In this document: piece after piece, positions 39,444-47,894 of the stretch | Layout of the letters: every line of letters starts with the position of its first letter | Position numbering within the stretch: position 1 is the stretch's first letter | Source: Candidatus Kaiserbacteria bacterium CG10_big_fil_rev_8_21_14_0_10_45_20 | Lineage (GTDB): Bacteria > Patescibacteriota > Minisyncoccia > Phycocordibacterales > Phycocordibacteraceae | NCBI GenBank assembly: GCA_002773335.1 | Contig: PFBH01000014.1 | Coordinates: 8,023-72,022 of the forward strand | Direction: 5' to 3' | Length of the DNA: 64,000 bases | The notes under the pieces: generated by a model | The model's database searches: none | What the model was told of the DNA's origin: nothing | What the model saw: only the letters and a program-made list of their open reading frames with translations | Made by a program: the position numbers and the translations under genes

Positions 39444-42311
39444 ATGAAATCGCCAGACGGAGGCAAGCAGTCGCCAGAACATCAACTTAATAAACTGCGA
39501 GAGCAGGCGCGTTCCGGAGGAGGGGGCGGTGGATACAGACCTCAAAAAGTAGGAGGGAGCGATTTTTCAATTACCCCACAGGCAGAGCCAAAACAGGAGA
39601 CCTCGCTTTCACCGGAAGGAGGCGAGGGTGTGGTGTTGGATTTGGTGCCTGATGCTAACGACAAGGATATGGAAGAGCTCCTCGATATCCTCAACACACA
39701 GGGATTCTCGGCGGTAATGAAAGAGCTGGACAGGATAGACAATCCCCATTTAGAGGACGACTTTCACCGACTGCTCGTGCAATACAAGTCCGAGGGGCAC
39801 CCCATCCCCGGATTGAACCCCAAAGACCCGCTTGCAAAAGCACTCGATTTTATATTGCTTGAGGTTTCTGTCCCCGTGATAGCAAAAGAGAAAGGAGGCT
39901 CACTGAAAGACATACTGCAACAAATGGAGCAGTTTTACTTGGCAGTCACCCCGTTTGTGTACCACCCCGACCCAATCTTTTTTAAAGATTTTGCAAAACG
40001 AAAGGTAAATCACCAAGACCACTTTACGGTTGAGGTTGCGGTAACACAGGGTGGAGAAGAGGCGGTTTTTTATATTGCGACCCACCGCGCTCGGAGAGAG
40101 AATGTTGAAAAGCAGTTGCTCTCGGTATTCCCTTCGGCGCGTATCGTAGAAGAGAAGAACGACAACAACATATTCAATCAGTTTGGCTCTGTTTCTTTTT
40201 CATATGGGACACTATTTCGTCCTCCGCCATACCCACTCAAAACAGAAGGGTTTGACTACGACCCAATGAACCTCATACTAGCAGCGCTTGCCAAGGTGTC
40301 AAAAGAAGGAGAGGGGGCTGCGATACAGATATCGGTTGCCGGGGCTGGTGAGTATCACCTCAAGCGTTTTCGAGAAATGTTGAACGAAATCAAAAAGGGA
40401 AAGGTGAAGGCAACCAAGCTGTTTCAAAAACATAAGTACCTCAAAAAGCACCCACTGTGGCGACGTCTCCTCCCTATGTTCAGAGATGATTTTCAGAATT
40501 TTTTAAAATCGGCAGAACAAAAGAAAAAAGAGGGTGAAAAAACTGAGGTGGATGCTGATACCGTGGCGCAGATACAAAAAAAGATGAAGTCGGTTATATT
40601 CGGCGTCAATATCCGACTGGTTACCTCGGCGCGAACAAAAGAACGTTCTGAAGCATTATTGAAAGACCTCGAGGCGTCGTTTGGTCAATTTGAGGATCCG
40701 GTTGGAAACGTTTTCAAGTTTAGACGCCCTAAAACAAAAAAAGCCGAGAGAGACTTTATCCGCTCGTTTATATTTCGTACTTTTGATAGGGCTTCCGACG
40801 AACGCTTTTGGCCACAAATGTGGCGCGAGTTTATTGAAGCTCCGTTGTTTGGAAAGATGCCGGTTGAGATGTCGTACGGCTCTCCCGTTAACCTGCTCAA
40901 CGCTCCAGAGTTGGCGACGGTGCTCCACTTGGCAATATCTGGCTCAACCTCTTCGCGTGAAGCAAAAACCACCAGTGCAAAGCTCGCCCCTGCGCCGGTT
41001 GGACTACCGCAAGAGGGGATACTTTTGGGGCGCAACAAATACGCAAACTCGGTCACCGACATCCACCTCTCTCCTGAGGACCGCTTGCGACACTTCTATA
41101 CCATCGGTCAAACCGGTACCGGTAAAACAAACTTCTTGAAGCAAATGATTATTCAAGACATTGAAAATGGTGACGGCGTCTGCTTCATTGACCCGCACGG
41201 CGTTGACGTACTTGATATTCTTTCGCGCATTCCAAAAGATCGCATTGACGATTTGATTTACTTTGACCCGGCGCATATGGACCGCCCTATGGGTCTCAAT
41301 ATGCTCGAGTACGACCCACGGTTTCCTGAACAGAAAACGTTTGTTGTGGACGAGATGTTTAAGATCTTTAAAAAGCTGTATGGCGATGTTCCCGAAGCGT
41401 TTGGGCCTATTTTTGAGCAGTATTTTAGAAACGCAACGCTCCTTGTTCTTGAAGACCCTGAGACAGGGTCCACCTTACTTGATATATCACGAGTCCTTTC
41501 TGATGAAGATTTCAGAGCGTTAAAGTTGTCTCGCTCTCGAAACCAGGTGGTCAATCACTTCTGGGAAGACATCGCAGAGAACGTGCGTGGAGAGGGTGAT
41601 ATAAGAAACGTGGTGCCATACATTACCTCTAAGTTTGATATCTTTTTGGCAAACGAAATTATGCGCCCTATTGTTGGGCAACAAAGAAGTGCCTTTAATT
41701 TCCAAGACATAATGGATAATAAAAAGATTCTTCTCGTAAACCTCTCAAAGGGGAGGCTCGGCGATTTGAACGCTAACCTCATCGGTTTGGTACTGGTAGG
41801 AAAGATAATGATGACCGCGCTTGCTCGTGCAAGTTACCTACACACAAACCCACCACCGTTTTATCTGTATATGGATGAGTTCCAAAACATTACCACCGAT
41901 ACCGTGTCAACCATTCTCTCTGAAGCGCGAAAGTACCGCCTCTCTCTTACCATGGCGCATCAATTTATTAAACAGTTGCAAGATGGTATATCAAACGCGG
42001 TGTTCGGTAACGTTGGCTCGATGGCGGTATTCCGTGTCGGACCTGATGACGCCGCGTTCTTAGAAAAAATGTATGTTCCAAAATTTGACTCTTCTGATAT
42101 GTTGAACGTTGATAACTATAATGCGTACATCAAAATGCTCGCGAACGGTAAACCAACATCACCATTTTCTATGGAAACAATCGCCTTTCGTTCCGGTGAT
42201 TTTGCACAGATAGATGCGTTAAAACAATTGTCATATCAACGGTATGGAAGGCCACGCAACGCCGTTGATGCTGAAATTGAAGAGAAATACAGAGGTATGC
42301 GGGGTAAGTAA
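39444..42311 (+). CDS. VirD4/TraG/TrwB-like (HerA-FtsK superfamily) ATPase with long N-terminal region
   Basis: RLRHFYTIGQTGTGKT (Walker A), IDPHG, LYMDEFQN (Walker B), SEARKYRLSLTMAHQ, AVFGNVGS. Confidence 0.88.
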   Translation: MKSPDGGKQSPEHQLNKLREQARSGGGGGGYRPQKVGGSDFSITPQAEPKQETSLSPEGGEGVVLDLVPDANDKDMEELLDILNTQGFSAVMKELDRIDNPHLEDDFHRLLVQYKSEGHPIPGLNPKDPLAKALDFILLEVSVPVIAKEKGGSLKDILQQMEQFYLAVTPFVYHPDPIFFKDFAKRKVNHQDHFTVEVAVTQGGEEAVFYIATHRARRENVEKQLLSVFPSARIVEEKNDNNIFNQFGSVSFSYGTLFRPPPYPLKTEGFDYDPMNLILAALAKVSKEGEGAAIQISVAGAGEYHLKRFREMLNEIKKGKVKATKLFQKHKYLKKHPLWRRLLPMFRDDFQNFLKSAEQKKKEGEKTEVDADTVAQIQKKMKSVIFGVNIRLVTSARTKERSEALLKDLEASFGQFEDPVGNVFKFRRPKTKKAERDFIRSFIFRTFDRASDERFWPQMWREFIEAPLFGKMPVEMSYGSPVNLLNAPELATVLHLAISGSTSSREAKTTSAKLAPAPVGLPQEGILLGRNKYANSVTDIHLSPEDRLRHFYTIGQTGTGKTNFLKQMIIQDIENGDGVCFIDPHGVDVLDILSRIPKDRIDDLIYFDPAHMDRPMGLNMLEYDPRFPEQKTFVVDEMFKIFKKLYGDVPEAFGPIFEQYFRNATLLVLEDPETGSTLLDISRVLSDEDFRALKLSRSRNQVVNHFWEDIAENVRGEGDIRNVVPYITSKFDIFLANEIMRPIVGQQRSAFNFQDIMDNKKILLVNLSKGRLGDLNANLIGLVLVGKIMMTALARASYLHTNPPPFYLYMDEFQNITTDTVSTILSEARKYRLSLTMAHQFIKQLQDGISNAVFGNVGSMAVFRVGPDDAAFLEKMYVPKFDSSDMLNVDNYNAYIKMLANGKPTSPFSMETIAFRSGDFAQIDALKQLSYQRYGRPRNAVDAEIEEKYRGMRGK

Positions 42312-42540
42312 AAACGTCTGCTCCTCCCATCTCCATAGCAGAGCTGTGAGGCGTTGGGCGAGCAGAACCGGGCGTTTTTGCTGGGATAGGTGCGTCCCGC
42401 CTGCGCTACGCCGTCGGCTTTGGCAGGGCGAGCCGGACGCACTCACCGAACCCGCATACCACTCTCAAGAGCGGTGCGGGATTCAGGGCGACAATTCACC
42501 CTCTTCGCCTTGCTTCGGGCGCTCTTGTCGTCCACCAGTA
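42311..42540. other. GC-rich multi-hairpin intergenic element
   Basis: Four consecutive imperfect stem-loops, e.g. GTGCGTCC..GGACGCAC, CCCGCA..TGCGGG, GGGCGACAA..TTGTCGTCC. Confidence 0.5.
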
Positions 42541-42557
42541 GATACGTGCTACACTAG

Positions 42558-43169
42558 ATGGCGATGGATATAAAAATAGAACAATCTCTGGTTATTATAA
42601 AGCCAGATGGAGTACAGCGATCGCTTATAGGTGAAATTATTAAACGGTATGAACGTGTTGGCTTAAAAATGGTCGCGCTCAAAATGGTTATTCCATCTGA
42701 AGAGCAGTCAAAAGCTCACTATATGGTGGGAGGAGAAGAGTGGCTTGTTGCGGTAGGAGAAAAGGCCGCCGCCGCGTACGCAAAAAAGGGAGAGAAGTCT
42801 CCATACGCGACCCCTCGTGAAAACGGGCTCGCTATTTTGGCCGCAAATACAAAATATTTAGCCTCTGGTCCGGTTATTGCAATGGTGTGGCAGGGGCATC
42901 AGGCGATAGGGCTCATTCGCAAGATAACAGGAAGCACAGAACCTCTTTCAAGCGACGTAGGGACTATTCGGGGAGACTTTACCCTCGACTCGTACCAACT
43001 TGCCGATACGGGAGACAGGTCTATCCGAAATCTTATTCACGCGTCAGGCGAAGTAGAAGAAGCAAAGAAAGAAATTGCTATCTGGTTTTCTCCGGAAGAA
43101 ATTTTAAGTTACCGCTTGATTGCAGAGCAAATTTTGTACGACGTGAACCTTGACGGCATCTTAGAGTAG
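42558..43169 (+). CDS. ndk: Nucleoside diphosphate kinase
   Basis: IIKPDGVQR, SGPV, GTIRGDF, NLIHAS. Confidence 0.95.
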   Translation: MAMDIKIEQSLVIIKPDGVQRSLIGEIIKRYERVGLKMVALKMVIPSEEQSKAHYMVGGEEWLVAVGEKAAAAYAKKGEKSPYATPRENGLAILAANTKYLASGPVIAMVWQGHQAIGLIRKITGSTEPLSSDVGTIRGDFTLDSYQLADTGDRSIRNLIHASGEVEEAKKEIAIWFSPEEILSYRLIAEQILYDVNLDGILE

Positions 43170-43213
43170 TGTTCGGTTTTATCTTATACACAAAGAATGT
43201 GTATAGTCTGGCT

Positions 43214-43420
43214 GATGCAGGTGGTACTCTTTAAGTAGGGTTATTGGCATCATTAACTCTAATTAAAGTTCTTAAAAGGGAGTCTTACATCGTCTGCATT
43301 TGGGGAATTTCCGTTTACGGAATACCGATAGTGACAGATTGCGGACACCCACCTAAATATTTTTAGGTTAATGAGAACCCGGTAACCCTCCTAAAAAACC
43401 CCGCTCCGGCGGGATTTTTT
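43214..43420 (+). ncRNA. Candidate ~200-nt structured non-coding RNA or attenuator leader
   Basis: TATAGT -10 box at 43202-43207, long irregular stem 43215-43299, further hairpins, terminator AAAAAACCCCGC-TCCG-GCGGGATTTTTT at 43393-43420. Confidence 0.4.
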
Positions 43421-43437
43421 AATGGTTAAATGTAGGT

Positions 43438-43818
43438 ATGAAAAGAGACCGAATAGTAAGTGGTGTGAGCATACTTGCCTTGGCAGTCGTTATGACAGCT
43501 CTGCACCTCGGTGCTTATCGTTACTCGCTTTACTTCACGGTTGAGTGGTTTGATATGATGATGCACTTCTTAGGAGGGTTTCTTGTTGGCTCAAGTATTG
43601 GCTGGCTTCTGCGCTTTGAAGTACCGATTGGTTTGCGTTCACTACTGCCAACATTTTGGATAATTATTATCGGGGTTTTAAGTGTGGCGCTTGCGTGGGA
43701 GGCGTTTGAACTTGTAGCAGGAATTGCGCCATCAATCGGGTATCAAAAAGACACTATTGAAGATATAATGTTAGGGCTTATAGGAGCTGTTGTTGCATAT
43801 GGGATATTCAAAAAATAA
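43438..43818 (+). CDS. Hypothetical integral membrane protein (VanZ/DUF2238-like pattern)
   Basis: Four hydrophobic segments; WFDMMMHFLGG, AWEAFE, DTIEDI. Confidence 0.75.
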   Translation: MKRDRIVSGVSILALAVVMTALHLGAYRYSLYFTVEWFDMMMHFLGGFLVGSSIGWLLRFEVPIGLRSLLPTFWIIIIGVLSVALAWEAFELVAGIAPSIGYQKDTIEDIMLGLIGAVVAYGIFKK

Positions 43819-45196
43819 ATCAGCGTCAATTACGTTTGTGCGAGGAGCACGTCAGGTAACGGGCTCTAATTTTTTACTCACCGTGCAGGCTCAAAATGGA
43901 AAGAAGGTAAACGTTCTTGTTGATTGCGGACTGACGCAAGGTGCCCGTTTTTGTGAATCCAAAAACAGTGTACCGTTTCCGTACACTGCATCAGAGATTG
44001 ACGCAGTGTTTGTTACACACGCGCATGCCGACCATATAGGACTGCTTCCAAAGTTACTTAAAGAGGGATTTGACGGACCTATCTACACAACAGCACCCAC
44101 AAAAGACCTCATTCCGATAATGTTAGAAGACAGCGTAACCCTCATTAACAGAGAGGCGAAGTCGTGCAACGAAGATCCTCCGTACTCAAAAGAGGACGTG
44201 GTAAATGTAAGCAAAAAGCTTACTGAAGTTGCGTACAGGCAAACAGTAGATATCGCTCCAGAGTTTTCGTGTACCGTATACAATGCAGGGCACATTGTCG
44301 GCTCTGCCACGTTTCTTTTTGATATTTCAGGAACTCGTATACTTTTTACGGGTGATTTAGGTCGGCGTGACGCCATACTGGTGCCCGAGAGAGATATTCC
44401 ACCGCACCCGATTCATTACTTGGTCACCGAGAGTGTGTATGGAAACAGAGTGCACGAAGACGGCGAGGCGAGTGAAATTGATCTTCAGAACGCTATTTCG
44501 TGGGTTCATAAAAAAAACGGAGTGCTCCTCATTCCGGCATTCTCGCTTGAACGGACCCAAATTATTTTAAGCCTCCTTCAAAAACTGATAGAGACAAAAA
44601 AAGTTCCACCAATTCCGGTGTATATGGACTCTCCCTTGGCAGCTAAGGTGACCGAGGTGTATCGGTCTCACCCAGATTTTTTAATTGACGAAGTAAAGCA
44701 AGATATACAGAAAGGAGGTGATCCGTTCTCGTTCCCTTTACTTACCGTTACGCAAAGCAAAGAAGAGTCTGAAGAGGCCCTTCGTGCCTCTACCCCAAAG
44801 GTTATTATCGCCGGCGCCGGTATGAGCCATGGAGGAAGGATTCGAACCCATGAGGCCGAGTTTTTGCCTGATGACACCACATTACTGCTCTTGGTAGGGT
44901 ACCAAACCCCCGGATCTTTAGGGCGTCGACTGAAAGATGGTGCAAAGAAGGTAAAAATAAACTGGAAAGACGTCAAGGTGCGGGCAGTCGTGCGTTCAAC
45001 GGGAGGTTTTTCTGCCCACGCCGACAGAGATGACTTGGTAAGTTTCGCGGAGGCGGTTGCCCCTCAAAAAGCATTTGTTGTATTAGGAGAGATGGAATCT
45101 GCTTCATTTCTTGCGCAACGCATTTCTGGGTTTTTAGGTATTGAAGCCGACATACCGCAAGAGGGAGAGGTGGTAGATATTCCACTTATTGGATAA
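43799..45196 (+). CDS. MBL-fold beta-CASP ribonuclease
   Basis: VTGS, VDCG, THAHADHIG, AGHIVGS, FTGDLG, ESVYG, PAFSLERTQ, FSAHAD. Confidence 0.92.
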   Translation: MGYSKNKSASITFVRGARQVTGSNFLLTVQAQNGKKVNVLVDCGLTQGARFCESKNSVPFPYTASEIDAVFVTHAHADHIGLLPKLLKEGFDGPIYTTAPTKDLIPIMLEDSVTLINREAKSCNEDPPYSKEDVVNVSKKLTEVAYRQTVDIAPEFSCTVYNAGHIVGSATFLFDISGTRILFTGDLGRRDAILVPERDIPPHPIHYLVTESVYGNRVHEDGEASEIDLQNAISWVHKKNGVLLIPAFSLERTQIILSLLQKLIETKKVPPIPVYMDSPLAAKVTEVYRSHPDFLIDEVKQDIQKGGDPFSFPLLTVTQSKEESEEALRASTPKVIIAGAGMSHGGRIRTHEAEFLPDDTTLLLLVGYQTPGSLGRRLKDGAKKVKINWKDVKVRAVVRSTGGFSAHADRDDLVSFAEAVAPQKAFVVLGEMESASFLAQRISGFLGIEADIPQEGEVVDIPLIG

Positions 45197-45229
45197 AATA
45201 AAAAAACCGAGCAGTACTCGGTTTTATTT
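45195..45229. terminator. Bidirectional terminator between convergent genes
   Basis: AAAACCGAG-CAGTA-CTCGGTTTT flanked by A/T runs. Confidence 0.7.
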
Positions 45230-45238
45230 ACGGGTTTC

Positions 45239-45586
45239 TTAAGAGACTTTCTTTACAAGTCTTTCAAACGCGTCGGGGTTTTCTTTTGCAAGATCAGCAA
45301 GCACTTTTCTGTTAAGCGCAATACCTGCCTTTTTTAGTGTATCGATAAAGGTGCTGTAGTTTTTAAAACCAAGCGCGCGAACACCTGCATTAACCGAGAT
45401 AATCGCGTCAGAGCGCATAACACGCTTCTTTGCCTTTCGGTCACGAAACGCGTACTTACCTGCGTGCACAATTGCCTCTTTCGCAGCTTTCTTCTTTTTA
45501 GATCGTGCAAAACGGTACCCCTTTGTCATTGAAAGGATGTTCTTTCGTCGTTTGATTGCTTTTGGTCCTCCTTTTACGCGTGCCAT
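45239..45586 (-). CDS. rplT: 50S ribosomal protein L20
   Basis: [28 protein letters not shown]. Confidence 0.96.
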   Translation of the reverse strand: MARVKGGPKAIKRRKNILSMTKGYRFARSKKKKAAKEAIVHAGKYAFRDRKAKKRVMRSDAIISVNAGVRALGFKNYSTFIDTLKKAGIALNRKVLADLAKENPDAFERLVKKVS

Positions 45587-45626
45587 ATGTCAGTTATTAG
45601 TTGTTAGAAAAAAGTAGAATATATTA

Positions 45627-45818
45627 CTATGCTCCTGATCCGGCAAGAAATCGTGCTCGGTCTTTTGGTTTCATTTCGATTACTCGAGATCGTCGCTTTA
45701 CCGTTTTGGTTTTACGAGATTCTTTTGCGTTAAAGTGATTCTGCCCTGATTTTCGGGCAATAATCTTTCCCTTTCGAGTAACGCGTAATCGTTTTGTATA
45801 TGATTTATTTGTTTTCAT
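45627..45818 (-). CDS. rpmI: 50S ribosomal protein L35
   Basis: MKTNKSYTKRLRVT, GQNHFNAK; between infC and rplT. Confidence 0.93.
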   Translation of the reverse strand: MKTNKSYTKRLRVTRKGKIIARKSGQNHFNAKESRKTKTVKRRSRVIEMKPKDRARFLAGSGA

Positions 45819-45885
45819 ATGCTCAACATCAGGGGAGTGGTGTGCTCGAAACGAGCAAAAACCCTCTCTACTCCAGATTGGAGAT

Positions 45886-46452
45886 TTATACCATATCTGT
45901 AGGTTTTATGCCAGTTTTCTTCTCTTTTGGCGCCTTCTTTTTTCCTTCGCGCTCAAGAACGAGGTAAAAGCCTTTTGGACCCTTCTTTATATCTTCGGCA
46001 ATTTTGTATTCTTCAGGAACAAGGAGCACAAAGCGCATAAGCCGTTCTTTGAGGAAATTTTGGTCCATATACTTATATCGACCCTTCAAAAAGAGCTCTA
46101 CCTTTACTCGGTGCCCCTCACGAAGCCACTCTGCCGATTGACGAGCCTTACGGGTAAGGTCATGTTCGCCGGTCACTACCTCTACCTGTACCGCCTTTGT
46201 CTCTGTGTGGTGCGCTTTTGCTTTTACATCACGCTCTTTCTTTTTTTCTTGGTATTGAAATTTTCCATAGTCCATAATTTTGGCTATAGGAGGCTTCGCT
46301 TTAGGAGATATTTCTATAAGGTCGAGAGACGACTCTTTGGCACGACGAAGCGCCTCTTCAAGAGAGACAATGCCAATATTGTCTCCGGTGGGACCAATAA
46401 CACGAAGTTCTTGGGCTCGGATTTGTTCGTTTATTCTGGTTCTCTGTTTCAA
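45886..46452 (-). CDS. infC: Translation initiation factor IF-3 (TTG start)
   Basis: RINEQIRA, LDLIEISP, PPIAKIMDYGKFQY, GEHDL. Confidence 0.96.
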   Translation of the reverse strand: MKQRTRINEQIRAQELRVIGPTGDNIGIVSLEEALRRAKESSLDLIEISPKAKPPIAKIMDYGKFQYQEKKKERDVKAKAHHTETKAVQVEVVTGEHDLTRKARQSAEWLREGHRVKVELFLKGRYKYMDQNFLKERLMRFVLLVPEEYKIAEDIKKGPKGFYLVLEREGKKKAPKEKKTGIKPTDMV

Positions 46453-46466
46453 AGCGTTGTAGCGGT

Positions 46467-46495
46467 ATTCTAACGCGTGATTGACTCTTTTACAA
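46467..46495 (-). promoter_or_regulatory. Candidate infC promoter
   Basis: Minus strand TTGTAA-17-TAGAAT. Confidence 0.5.
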
Positions 46496-46869
46496 CCACC
46501 TCCACAATCACAAATACCCCTTGCGGGGTATTTGTGATTGTGGAGGTGGAAGGTGGCGTCAGCTCACTCAGTATTTTGTTTCGCTCGATAGTTCGCTCAC
46601 AAAATACTGAGTGGCTCCTGCCCGGGCTCGTCCGTCGCAGGGCGGCATGACTCCGCCTTTCATTCCCCCACGAAAGCCAAGCAGTTGGCTTTCTCCACTG
46701 CGTTTGAAATCTGTTAAGCGCTCGCGACCCCGGCTCGGCTTTTCTCTTTCGCAGGAAAATACAACGAAAGAGAAATATACCTCCGCCCGGTTCATTCCCC
46801 ACGCACAGTGCGCAGGCACTGTGCTCCCACCACCCAATAAAAATACCCCTTGCGGGGTATTTGTGATTG
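46496..46869 (-). repeat. Modular structured trailer downstream of tmRNA containing direct and inverted copies of the tmRNA 3' end
   Basis: AAATACCCCTTGCGGGGTATTTGTGATTGTGGAGGTGG at 46512-46549 and 46841-46878; inverted T-arm copies at 46659-46698 and 46789-46834. Confidence 0.85.
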
Positions 46870-47257
46870 TGGAGGTGGGGGGGAATGAACCCCCGTCCGA
46901 AAAGGGTCTTTGGGACGACTCTACAAAGCGTAGTTCTTTTTTTCACCGTGAAGTGAATTTAAGTATTAGTGTATAAAACGAACAAAAGAAGCTAATACCG
47001 AGCTCTCAATTTTCGAGAAGTTGTACGAGCAAAAAACTTCCTTATTCCGACTATATTACACCGGGTATCTCACTGTCAGAAAGAGTGAGATTCGATGCTG
47101 CTTAGGCTAAAGCGTAAGCAGGAGCACCTACGAACTGAGCGTAAGGGCTCTTAACAAGTGATTTTACACTTTGGGTTACTCGAGATTTTAGGTGTTCTCG
47201 AGCATTCACCGCTTTGCACGAAACAAAGGTGACCTTCCGTCAAAACTAGTCACCCCC
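46870..47257 (-). ncRNA. ssrA: tmRNA
   Basis: 5' GGGGGTGACTAGTTTTGAC, 3' GACGGGGGTTCATTCCCCCCCACCTCCA (G3-U pair), internal tag frame ending ...GAPAYALA*; adjacent to smpB. Confidence 0.95.
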
Positions 47258-47354
47258 CCACAGTATGTCCGCGTACGAACCTGTTCGTACAAGAGCTGGT
47301 ATGAAATATTCATAACAACTCTTGGCGGATATACTGTGGCCGAGCGACTAGTGC

Positions 47355-47798
47355 TTATTCTCCTTTCAATGTTCTGTCTATGTGGCGTTTCGTATCTTTT
47401 GCTTTCAATAGCGCACGTTTATCATACCTCTTTTTGTGTCGCGCTACAGCAAATTCCAACTTTACCTTCCTGTTACCATTATACCACTTTATCGGGATAA
47501 TTGTCAACCCTCTCTTCCCGTCTTGTTCTGCAAGTTCAAGAATCTCTTTTTTTGAAAGAAGCAGTCGGCGTGCCCGTTCAGGGTCGTATGATGCAGGCGT
47601 GTTCTTTTCTTGATATGGAGATATCGAAGCTCCAACCAGAAACACTTCACCTCCTCGCACTAATACACGAGCTCCAAGCAAAGAAGCTTTTCCTGCACGA
47701 ATGGCTTTTACTTCATACCCAAAAAGCTCTGCTCCTGCAGAGTACGTTTCAAGAAATTCATAGTCAAAATGCGCCTTTTTGTTTTCTACAAATGCCAT
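47355..47798 (-). CDS. smpB: SsrA-binding protein SmpB
   Basis: NKKAHFDY, AGAELFGYEVKAIR, RRLLL, GLTIIP, YDKR. Confidence 0.96.
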   Translation of the reverse strand: MAFVENKKAHFDYEFLETYSAGAELFGYEVKAIRAGKASLLGARVLVRGGEVFLVGASISPYQEKNTPASYDPERARRLLLSKKEILELAEQDGKRGLTIIPIKWYNGNRKVKLEFAVARHKKRYDKRALLKAKDTKRHIDRTLKGE

Positions 47799-47894
47799 AC
47801 CAAACAGTGTACAACGTCATACCTGTTTACGCATTTGCCACACGCCACTGCAGTAGTTTTGGAGTTGCGCTAAATGACAGGTATACTACGAAGA

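Noticed and set aside
42311-42540. RNase P RNA or SRP RNA
   Set aside because: The hallmark GAGGAAAGUCC / AGAACCCGGCUUA and GGAA..GCAGC domain IV motifs were not found on either strand.
46496-46878. tmRNA 3'-end duplication as attL/attR of a prophage or genomic island
   Set aside because: Only about 330 bp lies between the copies, there is no integrase, and the content is the trailer repeat family. A scar cannot be excluded, but no island is present.
46470-46976. ORFs overlapping the tmRNA 3' end and trailer
   Set aside because: They overlap a structural RNA and palindromic repeats; shadow ORFs.
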